Positions 1-13,569 of a stretch of DNA of 64,000 bases are shown piece after piece. The stretch lies in NCBI GenBank assembly GCA_964035545.1, contig OZ037771.1:8053408-8117407 (forward strand), written 5' to 3'. The notes under the pieces are model-generated. The model did not search any database. It was given only the letters and a program-made list of their open reading frames with translations, and had not been told where the DNA came from. This DNA is from Bugula neritina (taxonomy: Eukaryota > Animalia > Bryozoa). Positions within the stretch are counted from its first letter, which is position 1. Each line of letters begins with the position of its first letter. The position numbers were made by a program, and so were the translations under genes.

Positions 1-80
1 TTCATAGAAAAACGGTCGATCTGAGCACATTTCTCAGATCGATCTCAGCGAGATCGATCTGAGATTGATCCATGAAAGCC
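1..80. mobile_element. Palindromic MITE-like end, possibly truncated by the window edge
   Basis: Perfect 14-bp hairpin ctcagatcgatctc-agc-gagatcgatctgag (33-63); the segment ends in gatccatgaaagcc. Confidence 0.4.
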
Positions 81-369
81 TGTGAATGTCTCATGAATAT
101 ATATTTTTCACTCTGTTTATATTATCCAAGTGGTAAACATGTTTTACACACATCAAAACATAATGGTAATCAGATTCTAGAGTATTCTAAGCAAACAAAT
201 GCAATCTTATTAATTATAGCTTCAGCTTTGTTAAGAAAAGAATGGAGCTGCATGGGTGGTAGATAAACATACAGAATTCGTACTAGCATAGCTTCTATTA
301 TAGCTCCACCTCAATTATTATAATTAAGGCAGAGCTATAATATTTAGCTACAGGGTGCTAAATATAACG

Positions 370-3300
370 ATGGCTCTGCAAGTGACAGTAAACAAAGCGC
401 TTCTGTACTTTTGGATTACAGGGTGACACCACATGCCAAAATGAAGTCTTGGTGGACAATTGTGGTAAATATAATTTATTCCATTTTATAAAGATATTTT
501 TAGTAAATATGGGAAAATTTTGGTGATTTTTTAAAGATATTATTTAAACAAGCTTTGAGAGTGGTGGAAAAATTTTAATTTAATTCTAAAAATAGCAATA
601 GCCACTTAATTTTAGTAAGTATTTATATTGATATTGTTTGTATATCATTGTTTTAGATGTTGGTGACTTTCTCCAGCTGGGCTGCATCTTCCCATAATTT
701 CCCAGTGAGGTATGTGTAGTTCTTATTATTACCACATATAATGAATCAAATAATTGTTGCCTATTTTCTCAGTTTTTTATTTGTTGTTATTATTACTTAT
801 CCTAATCTGTTTCTAATAGAAAAAGTTTTAAAATTGGGCTACAGGCTTGGTTTCTGCAGCCAGACATAAAGCCAAGTATGGCTGGTCCGTCTTCTTTACC
901 TTTTCACTGGCAATTGAACTGATCACTCTAACCGTAGACTACACAGCTGCCTAATAATATTATTAGATATTTTTCACAATAATCAGGCTAAAAATTGAAA
1001 AGAATTAAAAGCTTCATAAAAAAAATTTCTATTATAGATGTGTTCTCTCTCAGTTATTTTCTAAATAATTATTGCCCCTCATTCACCCTTACTGTACCAT
1101 AGGCCGTAACATAAACATCAGCCATTTTTAATGTGCCCGGGCTGAAGTTTTCAAAGTTTGCTATTAGGTATGATCTATGACACTTCATTGGCCAATTATA
1201 TCCAATGAGTTAATGCAAAAGTCTTTCTGTCCAATAAGAGTCCACCAAAAAGTTTTTTTAATCAAGCAATGCTAATTGATCCTAACATACAGCAACTCAG
1301 TACAGGAAGCTTAGGCATTTGTAAAATTGGCTGATATTTGCTGTTACGACATATGTAAGTGTGAATGAAGGGTGACTGGTGATACCTAGGCTATATAATT
1401 CATGTGACAAAATTAACAAGAAAACACATGCAGCTTTTCTCTGGAAAGCCTCTGAAAATAATTGTCTCTACCTTGTGCCATAGCCGTTGGAGTTCTCGGT
1501 GCTTTTAAACTTACTAACATGATATAGCTGTTTCAGCTGTTGCTGCCAAATATTTTGTAAAATTTTAATGAACCATGACTTATTTGTGTGCTTTTTCAGT
1601 CATATTTTCTTGGTGTTAACATACTTCTTGACTGCTATAAGATGTTATTATAAACTTTCTCAATATAATATGTTCCCTTCAATTTCTCCTGATGGCCATG
1701 CTTTTATGTTAAATTAATCAATTACTTCTTACTAACTACTTACTTATTTATAGTTCAATCAATTGTTCTTTTTTACTGCTGCCTCAGTGAAATATTTGTT
1801 TCACTACTTTAGTTGGTTGTATGATTTGGTGTAGAAATGAATATTTTAGTATATACAGCTTTAGTTCTAATTAATTAAAACTGCTTTTGTATTTTAGATA
1901 ATTTATTTTTATGACTTTCTTTATGGCAGAGAAAACATTATAAATTTTGTTCCAGTAATAACCATGTAGCATATAAATGGAAACTAAAATTGAATGCATA
2001 GTAAGCTATATAAAGTATATATATCATATCATATAACGTAATAGTAGTCTTATTTTGTTAAAATTGCTGCAAATGAAACAAAAAGCTACACTGTGTTTGT
2101 TCTTATATAGTAATTACCACTGCATAAAAATTAAGATAGTAACATAGGAAATGTGTTCAAAATATTTCTTTTTTTCTCAGCTATCCCTTTAGTAAATACT
2201 TCTAAATATGGTGTGTAGTTTAATAAGAGAGAATTAAGCTTGTATGGTGTAATGAACATTACTAAGATTTGTATTAACTACTCAATTGTAGCATCATGTC
2301 ATTCCACACAAGACCTCTTGTCAGCTCTCTTTCTCCTGTGAGACATATGGAAGTTGATAATTTTAAAAAAGATGGTAAAAGCATATTGTTTAGTAGTGAC
2401 CAGGGTGTGTTTACTGCAAAAAGCAATGAAACCTTTTCCCTTGTATCTGACATACCAGTGGAAAGTTTCACCCAAATCAGTTCACATCAAATAGTGTTTG
2501 TTCATCGGGTACAACACTGTCTCAAGATCTTCAACAGAATTACCAACCGCACAAAGCCTTTTGCTGGAACCTGTGGCACCAAAGGAAATAAAGATGGAAG
2601 AATTGGTGAGGGGCTCTTCAACTACCCTTATGGAGTTGCCGTAAACGTTGGGAACCCAGGTTTCTTGCTCATAACTGATGTAGGCAACCAGGCTCTGAGA
2701 AGTGTAGATATTCAAACAGGAATGTTGTCTACTGTAATTAAGAAAGGTCTGAATGACCCAAGAGATATAGTTTGGGATGGTGACGACCTGCTAGTAATAC
2801 ACAAGTACTATCATATCTCACGAATAAGTTGGTCAGAGAAAGGGGACACAACTCTTCACACTGTCCTCGGTGACCCAAATCAACCCGGTGACCTACTTGG
2901 TGAATTTAGTGCAGTCAGACTCGGGCTACAGTTTAATGCTGTAAGACTTCAAGACAAGATTTACATTGTCACAGATTTCAGTAACCAGAAGTTGAAGATT
3001 GTAGACATGAAAAAGAAGGAAGTTGGTTTAGCATGTTTCTCAAAAGATGTCATGTCTGGAAGTTGCAAAAGTCCAGTAAAACCAGTTTCCTTACTGCTTG
3101 TCGGAGATGTGCTCTACCTGGGATCAACGACAGCAATCTTTGAAATTGATGGTAAACTGATAATACTTAATATAAAATCCAATATTTGCTGTTCATAAAT
3201 TTTTAATATAACTGATATGTATATTGCTTCCAGCATAAGGATGATATGTTATATGTGAAGCAGTGTGCATTCAATTTAAGTCACATCAACTATGTATGCT

Positions 3301-6300
3301 TTTAAATTTTGCTAGTTATTAGACATTTTATTGGTAACATCTACGGTTTATGCTTCATTAACTTTGACAGAGAAATGCACATACTAACACGATGATTACA
3401 CATCAGCATTGTTCAAAGGTTGAAAGCATGCAAGGTGTGTCCGAATATTGGAAATGAAAACAGCAATTATATGTGGTAACCTCTAATTTTACTTTCTGCA
3501 GTTGTTGGAAACATTACTTCAGCTCAGAGCTTAGTTTTGGAACAATGTGACAGGATTAATGTTACCCTTCCACTAAAAGTTGATCAGATCAGAGTTGAAG
3601 CTGAGCTGCCAAGTATGGACGATTCACACATTCCAGAAGTTTTTTACAAAATTACAAAAACCATCAAATCTGGAATATGCGACTACAATGTAACTGTACA
3701 GGGTGAGTAACTCCCGATATGTAACTTAACAGAGGAAGTTATAGCTCACAATATGTGACTGTAAAGAGTAATTAACTCTTGATATGTGACTACAATGTAA
3801 CTGTACAAGGTAAGTAAGTAATTTCCAATGCAGGACTGCATGTATTTAGGATCGGACATTATATCATATCTGTGTGAATTTAAATAGATATTCTTTAAAA
3901 TATAAACTGGTCTAGTTTGGTTGTAGTGAACCATACTGCAACTAAAAGAATAAATCTCCAGAAATGCCCAAAAATCATTTCGATTTCACAAAAACGGGGT
4001 CAAAAAACAGTCAAAGTCAGAAAGCCAAATGGAGAAGTAATTGAAGCTTCCCATGAACACTTTTCATTTACACAAAGAAACAGTTCACAGAAATGTTCCT
4101 ACTTTGTAACTATGAAAGGTGAGCCATTACCTGTTACATTTATTACAGGTCTGTAAAGATGTGGGCGTGTCAACATATCTCATCACATGACTATAGTAAA
4201 TTCAACAGTTTAAATATACTGTATATATGCAGCACAGCAAGCATATAGCTTAAGATCCATTATTCTTGATGCTGTAGCTAAGGTTCAAAATAATGCCCCT
4301 ACTTCTGATGAATGTAAAGTTAATATCAATGCTTCACTGGCTGATGGTCAGAAGAGATTAAAGTTGAGACTGCCCAATGGACAAGAGTCAGAGTTTCCAG
4401 AAGGTGTTTTTATGATGAAAAAGAGCTATAATGACTATGAAACATGTAGCTATCACATACATGTGAGAGGCAAGTCGTTATTTATTATGTTTTATGGGCA
4501 TCCCTTAACCATGTGCTTTTTGTTTTATTGAATGAATCTAAGCAAGATAACATGCCTCTATTACAAAGTTAGGTTTTTAAAGCAAGGAATTTAAACAACA
4601 TACCTATATATAATTTATGGTATATATTATGCGTGCTGAAGGAAACGTAACTTATCTCACAAATATAAAGGCCTACTAATTATGAAGCAGAAAAATTAGA
4701 CACAGATTTATCAACTTATGTGTTTAAATCATCAATTCTGCTACACATGAGGTAGTTTTGAGAATTCTGCACTACTTCTTTTTATGTTTTCATGCATATA
4801 TATTTTGCGCATTTTATTTACATGAATGAACTATGATATCTAATGTCATTCTTTAAGTACTTTATTTCTGATTCAGGCATTGAACCACCTGATCAGTGCC
4901 CAATAAGAAACGTCACGGCATTTTTGTTGCCCGGTGAAAACGCAACTAACGTTGTTTTGCCAAATGGGCAGTCAGAAAAGTTAGGAGAAGGAATTCACAG
5001 ATTGACAAAGAAGTACAGCTCCAAGTTCTGCTACTATGACTACATCGTAAAAAGTTAGTACGATTGTCAATTCAAAATTTGACGTTTTAGATATGTAAAT
5101 AAACTGCTATTATTGCAACATAACATTAGACAATTTATGCTAGAGTTGCATGCAGAGTGAACTGAACTTTCTCAAAAATATCTAAATGACACAACATAGA
5201 CTACTTTATATAGCTTACTATGCATTCATTTTTAGTTTCCATTTATATGATACATGGTTATTACTGGAACAAAATGTACAATGTTTTCTGCACCATAAAG
5301 AAAGTCATAAAAAGAAATTATCTAAAACACAAAAGCGGTTATAATCAATTAGAACTAAAGATGTATATACTAAAGCATCCATTCCTACACCAAATCATAC
5401 AACCAACTAAAGTAGTGAAACAAATATTTCACTGAGGCAGCAGTAAAAAAGAGCAATTGATCAAACTGCAGGTAAGTATGTAGTTAGTAAGAAGTAATTA
5501 ATTAATTTAACATAAAAGCATGACCACCAGGAGAAATTGAAGGAAACATATTATATTGAGAAAGTTTATAATAACATCTTATAGCAATAATTGTTTAATA
5601 TTACTATACATATATATAACAATACTGGGGCTTCTTTGGTGCATTACTGAACATCAAACATAAAATTTAAGTAGAAACTGCATGGGAAATTTCTCAATTT
5701 TGTTAACAAGACTTGCATTGTTGAATTGCAGAGTAATCTTCCACACATTATATGATATAATGTATATATATATATATATATATCAGCACCTATGATTTTA
5801 TCTGCTGTTTGCTTTGCATACATATAGTATACATATGCATATATTTAAATATAATATCTTTACAAGCTAGCAATTTAATTGTGAATAAGTATATTGAGAA
5901 ACATTTTGGTTTCATTGCTTTAGTGATATGTAACATACAATGTAATGATTTATTATTATGCATTGCTATGTTATTGTATCAATGTATGTATGAAATTTTA
6001 TTTGCTCTCCCTTTACTTGTTTGTTTATGTAATAAAATATATTTTTATGTGAGAAGAACAAATGTTTACTTTTGTGTTTGTTTGTAGAATCTCCGATATT
6101 CAGGAGACTGTGCTTTATGTCGGAATATCCTTTGTCCTGTGAAGTGATGAACAGAACCAACTTTTTAGGCATGCTGGAGCGAGCACTGATGCAAAGAATG
6201 AAAAGTATACAGCAAACCTGTGGAAATGGTAAATGATTACTGCTCTAGCTAGGTTACATGAGCTCTACTGCACTTAATATATTATAGATAAAGGAATTTC

Positions 6301-8260
6301 TTTGTTTTCTTTCTCTAGACTGTACTATGGCTTCATCAAGATACCTAGTCTATGAATGCAAAAACGATTTACTGACAATTTATTGGCCAACCAACTACTT
6401 GTACGCGGCGAACATTAAAGAGCCATCGGCAGCAAGGATAAACGAGGTCAAGGAAAAGCTCGACGACTCTTATTTTATAAAGAATCTAGGCTTGTTCATC
6501 CCCTTTCACTACCCACCGTAAGTTTGCATACACAGCATATACAACGTCCAACTTAGCGTGATAATGAAATCTAGAATATTGCTTCTATTTGCTTAGCTTT
6601 AGAAGAAAACTCATTCAATTTTCTGTTTGAATTAAACATACAGAAGAAAATTTGCACTAATAAATGTTATATAAATGTATAGTACATGGCAATGAGAGTT
6701 CATGTCATTGTGTCAACGTTTTGGATAAATAATTTTTTAAACTAACAGCATATCTTATAACCATATTTTTACTTGCTTAAAACTCATAAATTAAAATACT
6801 GGAAGCACTTTTAAATAAATTATTAAAAACTTGTATTTCTGAGTCTCATACTAAAAATAATTGAAAAATACAATTTTAATTAAGTTTCCTAAATATTTTT
6901 AGCTATCTTCTTAAAAGCTAGAAAAGATAAAACTGGAAAACTCTTGTTTATATTATTAAAGTAATCATGAACTCATCAAATGGATATCTAACCACTTGCC
7001 AAAAATAATTTCTAGAAGAAGCTAAATAACTGTATTTCAATATTCTGCTGAATTGGTGTTTGAATATTAAAATGCTGAGATAAAAATAGGGGCATTTCTA
7101 TAATTATGAAGTTTTTCTGTTGAAGTAGAAAAATCTCCCATGGGGTAAAGTGCATAACTGTGATGAATGATAGGAAAACAAGGTGCATACTGTATATGCA
7201 CTTGGTATTTGCGTAGATATAATTATATGTAAAATTCCTACATGCAAGCAAATATTCCAAATTAAAATGTTTTGACAAGCTGTAAGCAATATTTTCGAAT
7301 TGATTAATTTTTAAAATTTTATTCAAGTTCATGTATAATAAAAAGAAACATTTTTTAACGAAAAAGAAATATTTGGTGTAAGTATATTAATATTAGTGTT
7401 CATAGTGTTCATTATTACTGCTAATTTTTAACAGCTAGGTAACTGTGTATTATATATTCAACATGTTTTTATCAAAATTTAACTTGTTTAAAAATAATAG
7501 AAAATTTTGTGTGCAATATTTTGGCATTGTTAATTAGTATAATGTTGTTAAAATAATACGTAGAGCATAGATGATACAGCTCTATGCTCTTTGTAACCAA
7601 TCTCTGTCAATGAATGCTCATATAATTATACACATATATTAAGCGTAGGGCCACACGATGCAATTTACCCGCGTGTGATGTGCGAGCAAATCCCTTCAAC
7701 CCAACAATGGGAAGTTGTGTGCATACTTTCATATGCAGATCGCATGTTGATGTAGAAGTGCAGCAAATTTATGCGAGTTTTATTTAATTGGCTTATTATC
7801 ATTTAGCGAGCACACTTTTATTTTAATTTATGTTTTTACTTTTAGCGAACTGAATTAAAAAAAATTCATATAGTTTGCATTTCCACTTTTAAAATATTTG
7901 AAGTCACTTTGCCAGTGACGTAGCGTTAAAAACAAATATTTGTAGGCAAGCAGTAAAGTTAAACTCCAAGATCATTAGCTAATAAATTTCCGCAATCGCA
8001 ACATGTACACTCATTGTGAGTAGCAGGTTGCTCCCGGGACAGGTGTTCTCACAATTTAGAACCGCACGGGAATCCCGCGTCATGTGGCCCTACGCTAAAT
8101 AAGAATTAAACTGCATCAATGCAAAACTTGAGTTGAATATTTCAACAGGGTGATTACTGCTAAACTAAACTCAAGAGGTGATTACGTGCGAGTCATTCTA
8201 AAGTCCAGCTGTGCTGACAAAACTGAGAGATATGATGCTGCCACTGACACCTGCTCCTAG
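370..8260 (+). CDS. Multi-exon ~708-aa putative secreted protein: NHL-repeat beta-propeller, four ~60-67-aa two-Cys repeats, Cys-containing C-terminal domain
   Basis: Manual splice model with frame-consistent junctions. First exon is either 370-422 (MALQVTVNKALLYFWITG, signal-peptide-like) or 657-709; then 2292-3151, 3502-3702, 3927-4118, 4278-4469 (GC donor), 4877-5053, 6088-6228, 6319-6517, 8149-8260 (TAG). Total 2127 nt. NHL-like motifs: FAGTCGTKGNKDG..GLFNYPYGVAV..LLITDVGNQALRSVD and GLNDPRDI. AATAAA at 8439. Confidence 0.8.
1075..1374. mobile_element. MITE with imperfect long TIRs; same family as 39032-39310
   Basis: Left end cccctcattcacccttac..cgtaaca..atcagccattttta mirrors right end taaaattggctgat..tgttacg..gtaagtgtgaatgaaggg; internal cattgg..tatccaatgagt is shared with the 39 kb copy. 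Confidence 0.65.
1633..2017 (+). repeat. Intronic ~385-bp repeat, inverted partner of 5202-5586
   Basis: For example tgctataagatgttattataaactttctcaatataatatg is the reverse complement of catattatattgagaaagtttataataacatcttatagca at 5547-5586; colinear over the whole length. Confidence 0.9.
2292..3151 (+). CDS. Large exon encoding the NHL-repeat beta-propeller domain
   Basis: Lies within ORF 2296-3198; tgtag acceptor ends at 2291 and the gtaaac donor starts at 3152; NHL-like blades. Confidence 0.85.
5202..5586 (-). repeat. Intronic ~385-bp repeat, inverted partner of 1633-2017
   Basis: Reverse-complement alignment by eye across the full length. Confidence 0.9.
7643..8095. mobile_element. PIF/Harbinger-type MITE
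   Basis: TIRs gcgtagggccaca / tgtggccctacgc, with TAA on both flanks (3-bp TSD). Confidence 0.75.
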
Positions 8261-8490
8261 CTGTCGGCAGGAGAAAAAGAGACATGCCGTATAATATTGA
8301 TATATAATAACTATGTCACAAACTAATATTATTAATGTATAATAATATGTGACTAATTTCTCGGCACACTGGCTATATATTATAATATTATTGAAAATGT
8401 GTATTTTTAGTAAAGACTGCTTATGCATGATTTTGAACAATAAATACTACACAAATGCTGCTTTTATTTAATCAGAGTAAGGTAAAATTG

Positions 8491-8725
<235 letters not shown>

Positions 8726-8849
8726 TGAGAATTTAAAGAGGATTATGTGAAACTGCGTGTACAGAGTATATGTCAATCTAGCTTCATAGACATGGACAAA
8801 ATAGCTTCTGATTTGTTGTAAAATCTACTGTAAAAGGGGATCAGTCTTT

Positions 8850-10250
8850 AAAAGTAGATTGTGAAACATCCTCAGCAAGTCACGCTTCTAAGTGGTGTTT
8901 GTTCATATAAGAAACAAAATTTGTTCTTTGAGTAGCCTTGTAATCGCATAGTTTACAGTGGGATGGTTTCACTCTGATGTGCATTCTCATGTGTTTGACA
9001 AGATTACTTTTTCAGCAAATTCGCGTGACCACAAACTTCACAAGCAATTGATTTTTCTCCAGTGTGTATATTCTCCTGTGTCGGGTAAGACTGCACTTAA
9101 AATCTGGTCTTTTATTCACACACACACACTGCACTCAAATAACTTCTCTACACTAGCTGTGCGTTCTCATGTGTCTTGTGAGAGCGCATTGCGGTGCTGA
9201 CTTGTAATCACATTGCTAAGGTTTCTCTCCATGCAGTATGTATCTGTATGCGTTTGGTAAGATTACCTTGCACAGTAAAGGCGTGACCACAAACTTCACA
9301 AATAAATGGTTTCCCTCCAGTGTGTGTTTTTATGTGGTTCTTGAGAATACTTTATTGTACTGACTTGCAATCGCATTGAGTGCACTGAATACGTTTTCCC
9401 CCAGAATGTCTTCTCATGTGTACGGTGAGATGAACTTTTTTGAGTGGAGGCATGACCACAGACTTTACAGACAAACGGCTTTTCTCCTGTGTGTTTTCTC
9501 ATATGCTAGGTAAGATTGCATTTCTACTTAGTTTTGTACTTACGTAGAAGTCATTGATAATCTTTCTTCTTGGTCTGTCATTTTCTATGTTTAGCAAGTT
9601 TTAAATTGTATTAACAAATGTAATAAACAAGTTTCTTCCTGCTGCCAGTTGTTTTTGTTTGACTCACAGCATTTTCTTTCTGATCAAATACATTTCCATG
9701 CAAGCATTGTAGTTGTTACAAACTGATTCATGCCATTGTAATTTTCTGTAATCCTGTTGGAGTTGTGTTTATGTCTTCTTTTCAGAATTCAGTCACAACA
9801 TTGTCAGAAGTGCTTCTTCTATCTAATTCTGCTTGAATTCTTTCTGGTTTCTGTAAAACATGAAAAAATTATATCATTTAGATTTTAGACCTTACTAATT
9901 GGTTTTCTTTTTTACTCTAGGTTATTCATATAACTGTGTTGCAGCAGTTAAAAATAACATGCGATGAAAATTATCAACAATTACTATTAGTTTTATAATA
10001 CTTCAGCCTCTAGATTCAAAGGGAGAAATAATATGCAAGCAGTGTTGTCTAAACTTACCATTTTTATTTACCATGCTTGTAATTCAGCAGGAAACTTTTT
10101 AGGCCGAGACAACAATGATTGCACATTCATGAGACAGCTACTATAGCTTGACTGTTCTGCTCAATCCAACGTTTTGCCTACTTTGTTACAATTCACACAA
10201 GGTTTGAACTCTGTTTTTGTTGCTCAAGAATTTTGTTGACTACCTCTGAT
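8850..10250 (-). pseudogene. Decayed C2H2 zinc-finger array gene
   Basis: Several HTGEKP-linked fingers (MRKHTGEKPFVCKVCGHAS...) broken by frameshifts and stops at 8870-9520; acceptor near 9851 and an upstream exon remnant with a donor near 10057. Confidence 0.75.
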
Positions 10251-10336
10251 GAATACAGGTCAATAGCTAGGTTAAAATACACTGCAGTGCAATACAGATA
10301 GAATTATGTGGAATATAGAATAATGTTTTCTTCAAT

Positions 10337-10362
10337 GTATGTGTGTGCGCGCGTGTGTGTGC

Positions 10363-10408
<46 letters not shown>

Positions 10409-10436
10409 GTGCGTGTGTGCGTGTGTGTGTGTGTGT
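10337..10436. repeat. (TG)n microsatellite, possibly the SINE tail
   Basis: TG/CG dinucleotide run. Confidence 0.95.
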
Positions 10437-10547
10437 AGCGTTTCTGAATATCGATGCCACCAGTATAAAATAATTTTGGCCTCACTGGGATTCAAACCTG
10501 AGAACGCCGGTTTGCAAGTAGGTGCGCACTAACCACTACACCACAGG
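10437..10547 (-). mobile_element. tRNA-derived SINE head
   Basis: Minus strand reads cctgtggtgtagtggttagtgcgcacc..ggtttgaatcccagtgaggcc, with a Pol III A box (TGGTGTAGTGG) and B box (GGTTTGAATCC); the anticodon stem does not pair; followed by (CA)n. Confidence 0.65.
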
Positions 10548-10940
10548 GGGGGGGGGAGAGGAGAGGGGAGGCACTGGGAAAGCTCTATCAACACTACAGC
10601 TGCCAAAATCACACAAATGAAATAGAAAAACAAATTGTACACTTCCATCTTCCCTGGTTCGAAACTGTTTTTGAATAAATGTCAACTTTCTAGCTGATTT
10701 GAATGTGATTGGTCAGTTTATTTTTTTTCGAATAATCTGGCATCCAACATGAATGCAGCAGATCAAAGAGGAAATAGATAGCATGCAATATAAACTGAAC
10801 TAAAGCTTCTTATGACTGTGGACAAAAATAAAGATGAAAAAGCGTAACAAGGACAAAAACATTTCATTAAACCGCCTCAAAAAAATATCCCAGACATTAT
10901 AAAAACAGCATAATTATCACATGTGATAATATTTATATTG

Positions 10941-12590
10941 AATTATTTGCTGCTTTCAAACTTTAAATCCAATAATAATATTTGATAAATATTATACACG
11001 AATACCTGAGAAATAAAAAATAAATGATTCAAAAATGTCCATATATGGCAATATATACAACAATGGTTTAAGCTGCAAACTCAACAATGGACATCATAAC
11101 CTCGTGACATAAAGTCACAAACTTCACAGCAGACAAATAAGTTGGATGTGATATTTTGCTACTCAAGATACTATTTCTGCTTGAAAAGCTAGTCATGTAT
11201 GGTATTTGCGATTTCTCCATGTTTAGTAAAGGTGATGTCATGTGGGCAAAGAGAGTGATTCATAATAAATCAGCAGTAAGTAAAATGTTACGCATTACGC
11301 TATGACTTGTGATTTCAAATTTAGTAGAAAAGTTTAATGCAGAAAAAATAGAATATATTTTATTTACGAACATTTCTATTATGTAAACAGGAAATGTATT
11401 GAGTGCAAATAGAATAGATTCAATAATCAGTAATATTTCACTTACAGAAGGAACAGCTGGAAATTCTCCAGGAGTTGGAAGCTGTCTACAACATGTTTTG
11501 CCAGAAACAAATAACAAAACTACAACTCAGAAAACTACAAACAGTTATTTTAACTCAGGTAACTAAATTTTGAAACAATAATTTTCTTGAAAATCAATTA
11601 AGTAGCATGGCTTTAGTGTACATTCATGGGTTTTATCATTGGTTATCTTATAGTTATTAATTTTAATGGTGTGGGTTATTTCAATGTACTAAACTCTAAA
11701 GTGTTTGCATTTAATTTTCTAAAAGTAAAAAATATATTTTTATTTCAGACAGTAAAAAACTGCCCCCAAATCAACACAAAAGCTCCATTAACAATATCAG
11801 ATAAGATTCAAAAACTTGAAACTAAAATGTCCAGCTCCTACACAGTCAACAAGGTAATTCCTATATCCTTATATAAAATTTTACTGTATAGTTTTATGAT
11901 TATATGTTATACAGATACATAACTGATTGTTACAGAAATTGAAGCAGAGAATAACATACTATTTTGTCATTAGCAAGAGTTGGTGTATTACTATCTCTGA
12001 GTATTACAGGGTTTTCCACTTTCTATACCTCACTGCAGTGTTTATATATTTACTTAATACTAATATATATTATATGTTATGTTTTAGAAACCCTCATTGA
12101 TTGGAGGAAATGTGACAGCTAAGATATGTAGATATGAGAAGATGAAATGACTGTGAATCTATAAAGTGAACATAGCTGAACAACTGAGTTGAAGTGTTGA
12201 ATTAGAGTTGTCCTCTCTTGTTGAATATAAAGTACTGCTTATAGTAGCATGTAGTAGAGTGAAAATATTAAGTTTTGGATGACATCATAGAGATCAATGA
12301 TCATACAGACAGTGTAGAAACTCTGTTGTGACATGTCAGGGCAGGTTGTACATGGAGATAGTATATATACAACATCACCTACATAGTAACTACACTATAC
12401 AATGTTATATATGTGTCAATTGTGTTATTTATACTCTGGGTTTGATCTTTTTTCTTTGTGAATACTTGATGTATCTTAGCCCCTTTTATTGATATACTAG
12501 GGGAAAATAGTTGTTTTTTAATAAGTAGTTTGTTGATGTTTTCCTCTTATCTTTGTCAAATAAAATTTGAACGCACTATTTACTTATAAC
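10941..12590 (+). repeat. ~1.6-kb segment duplicated in inverted orientation at 42460-44053
   Basis: Colinear reverse-complement match, e.g. caacaatggacatcataacctcgtgacat and gttgaattagagttgtcctctcttgttgaatataaagtactgctta. Confidence 0.9.
11195..12150 (+). CDS. Putative 4-exon ~119-aa orphan ORF or 3' remnant of a gene (copy 1)
   Basis: Exons 11195-11275, 11448-11558, 11749-11853 and 12088-12150, all phase 0 with GT-AG introns and open: MYGICDFSMFSKGDVMWAKRVI..KEQLEILQELEAVY..KPSLIGGNVTAKICRYEKMK*. Same structure in copy 2. Confidence 0.45.
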
Positions 12591-13569
12591 AAATTATTCT
12601 TATTCTACAAAGCATTACAATGATGAGAGTATATGGAATAACTAGCTATATATTATATTAACTTTTTAAATTACCAGTTTCTGGAGCAGATATATTCCAC
12701 CTTATTTTAACGTAAGATAGAAAATACTGCAGATGTCCTGGCTCCTCATACATATAACATGTTAAGTTCAGTAATACCTATAGTTGAGTATCTTATAAAC
12801 TTTAAAAGTATGACAGCTTCACACAGTCTCATCAGGCCTCCATCTTTCTCAGAATAGAGTGTGTCTGCCAATTATTCTCATAAAATTCATTAGACTCAAA
12901 TACCTGTGATAATACTTTATACAAACAATTCATCTGGTTGTGTATATAAACTGTTTTTGACGCCATGTTAATCAAATAGATCCACAGTTTGTAACTTAAA
13001 TAGTGCTGCCTCTTCAATAAAACAATTTTAGAGGCAAAATCACATATCTTGACATCACATAGCTTCTTATCTAAATATTACTCATTACACTACAAGGGTG
13101 GGCCACTCGACTATTTTTAGAAATTGAGAGTTTTAGGGGTGCTCATTAATCTGTGAAAACTCTAGACTGTTCTGTGCACCTGCAGTTGGCTACAAAAACT
13201 CTTCAAACTATTTAAAACCTCAGAGGTTGTCTTCCATAATTTCTGTCTGAGTTAGTTAAATATCTTGAAATGGTTAAAGTTGGCTTATTTCTATTTTTCA
13301 TGCAAGGTATTACAAGGGCTTTCTGTGGATTGTCTTATAGGGACCAGTTTTAAGAGTGTGGAGAGATCAAGACAAGCTATGATATGTGGTTGTGGAACAG
13401 CTGTTTATGGTTTAACTCAAACATTTCCTTTCAACCTCAGTAATTTCATGGCAGCTAGCAAGAAGAAAAAAGCTATAGAGGCACATATTGTCATAGTTGT
13501 TGCATTTAAGGAAAACTGCATTTAGCTGTAACTTTCAAAATATGGCAAAGCTCATATGAGAACCAAAGT

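Noticed and set aside
10478-10547. Functional tRNA-Cys gene
   Set aside because: A and B boxes are present, but the anticodon and acceptor stems pair poorly and a microsatellite tail follows; called a SINE.
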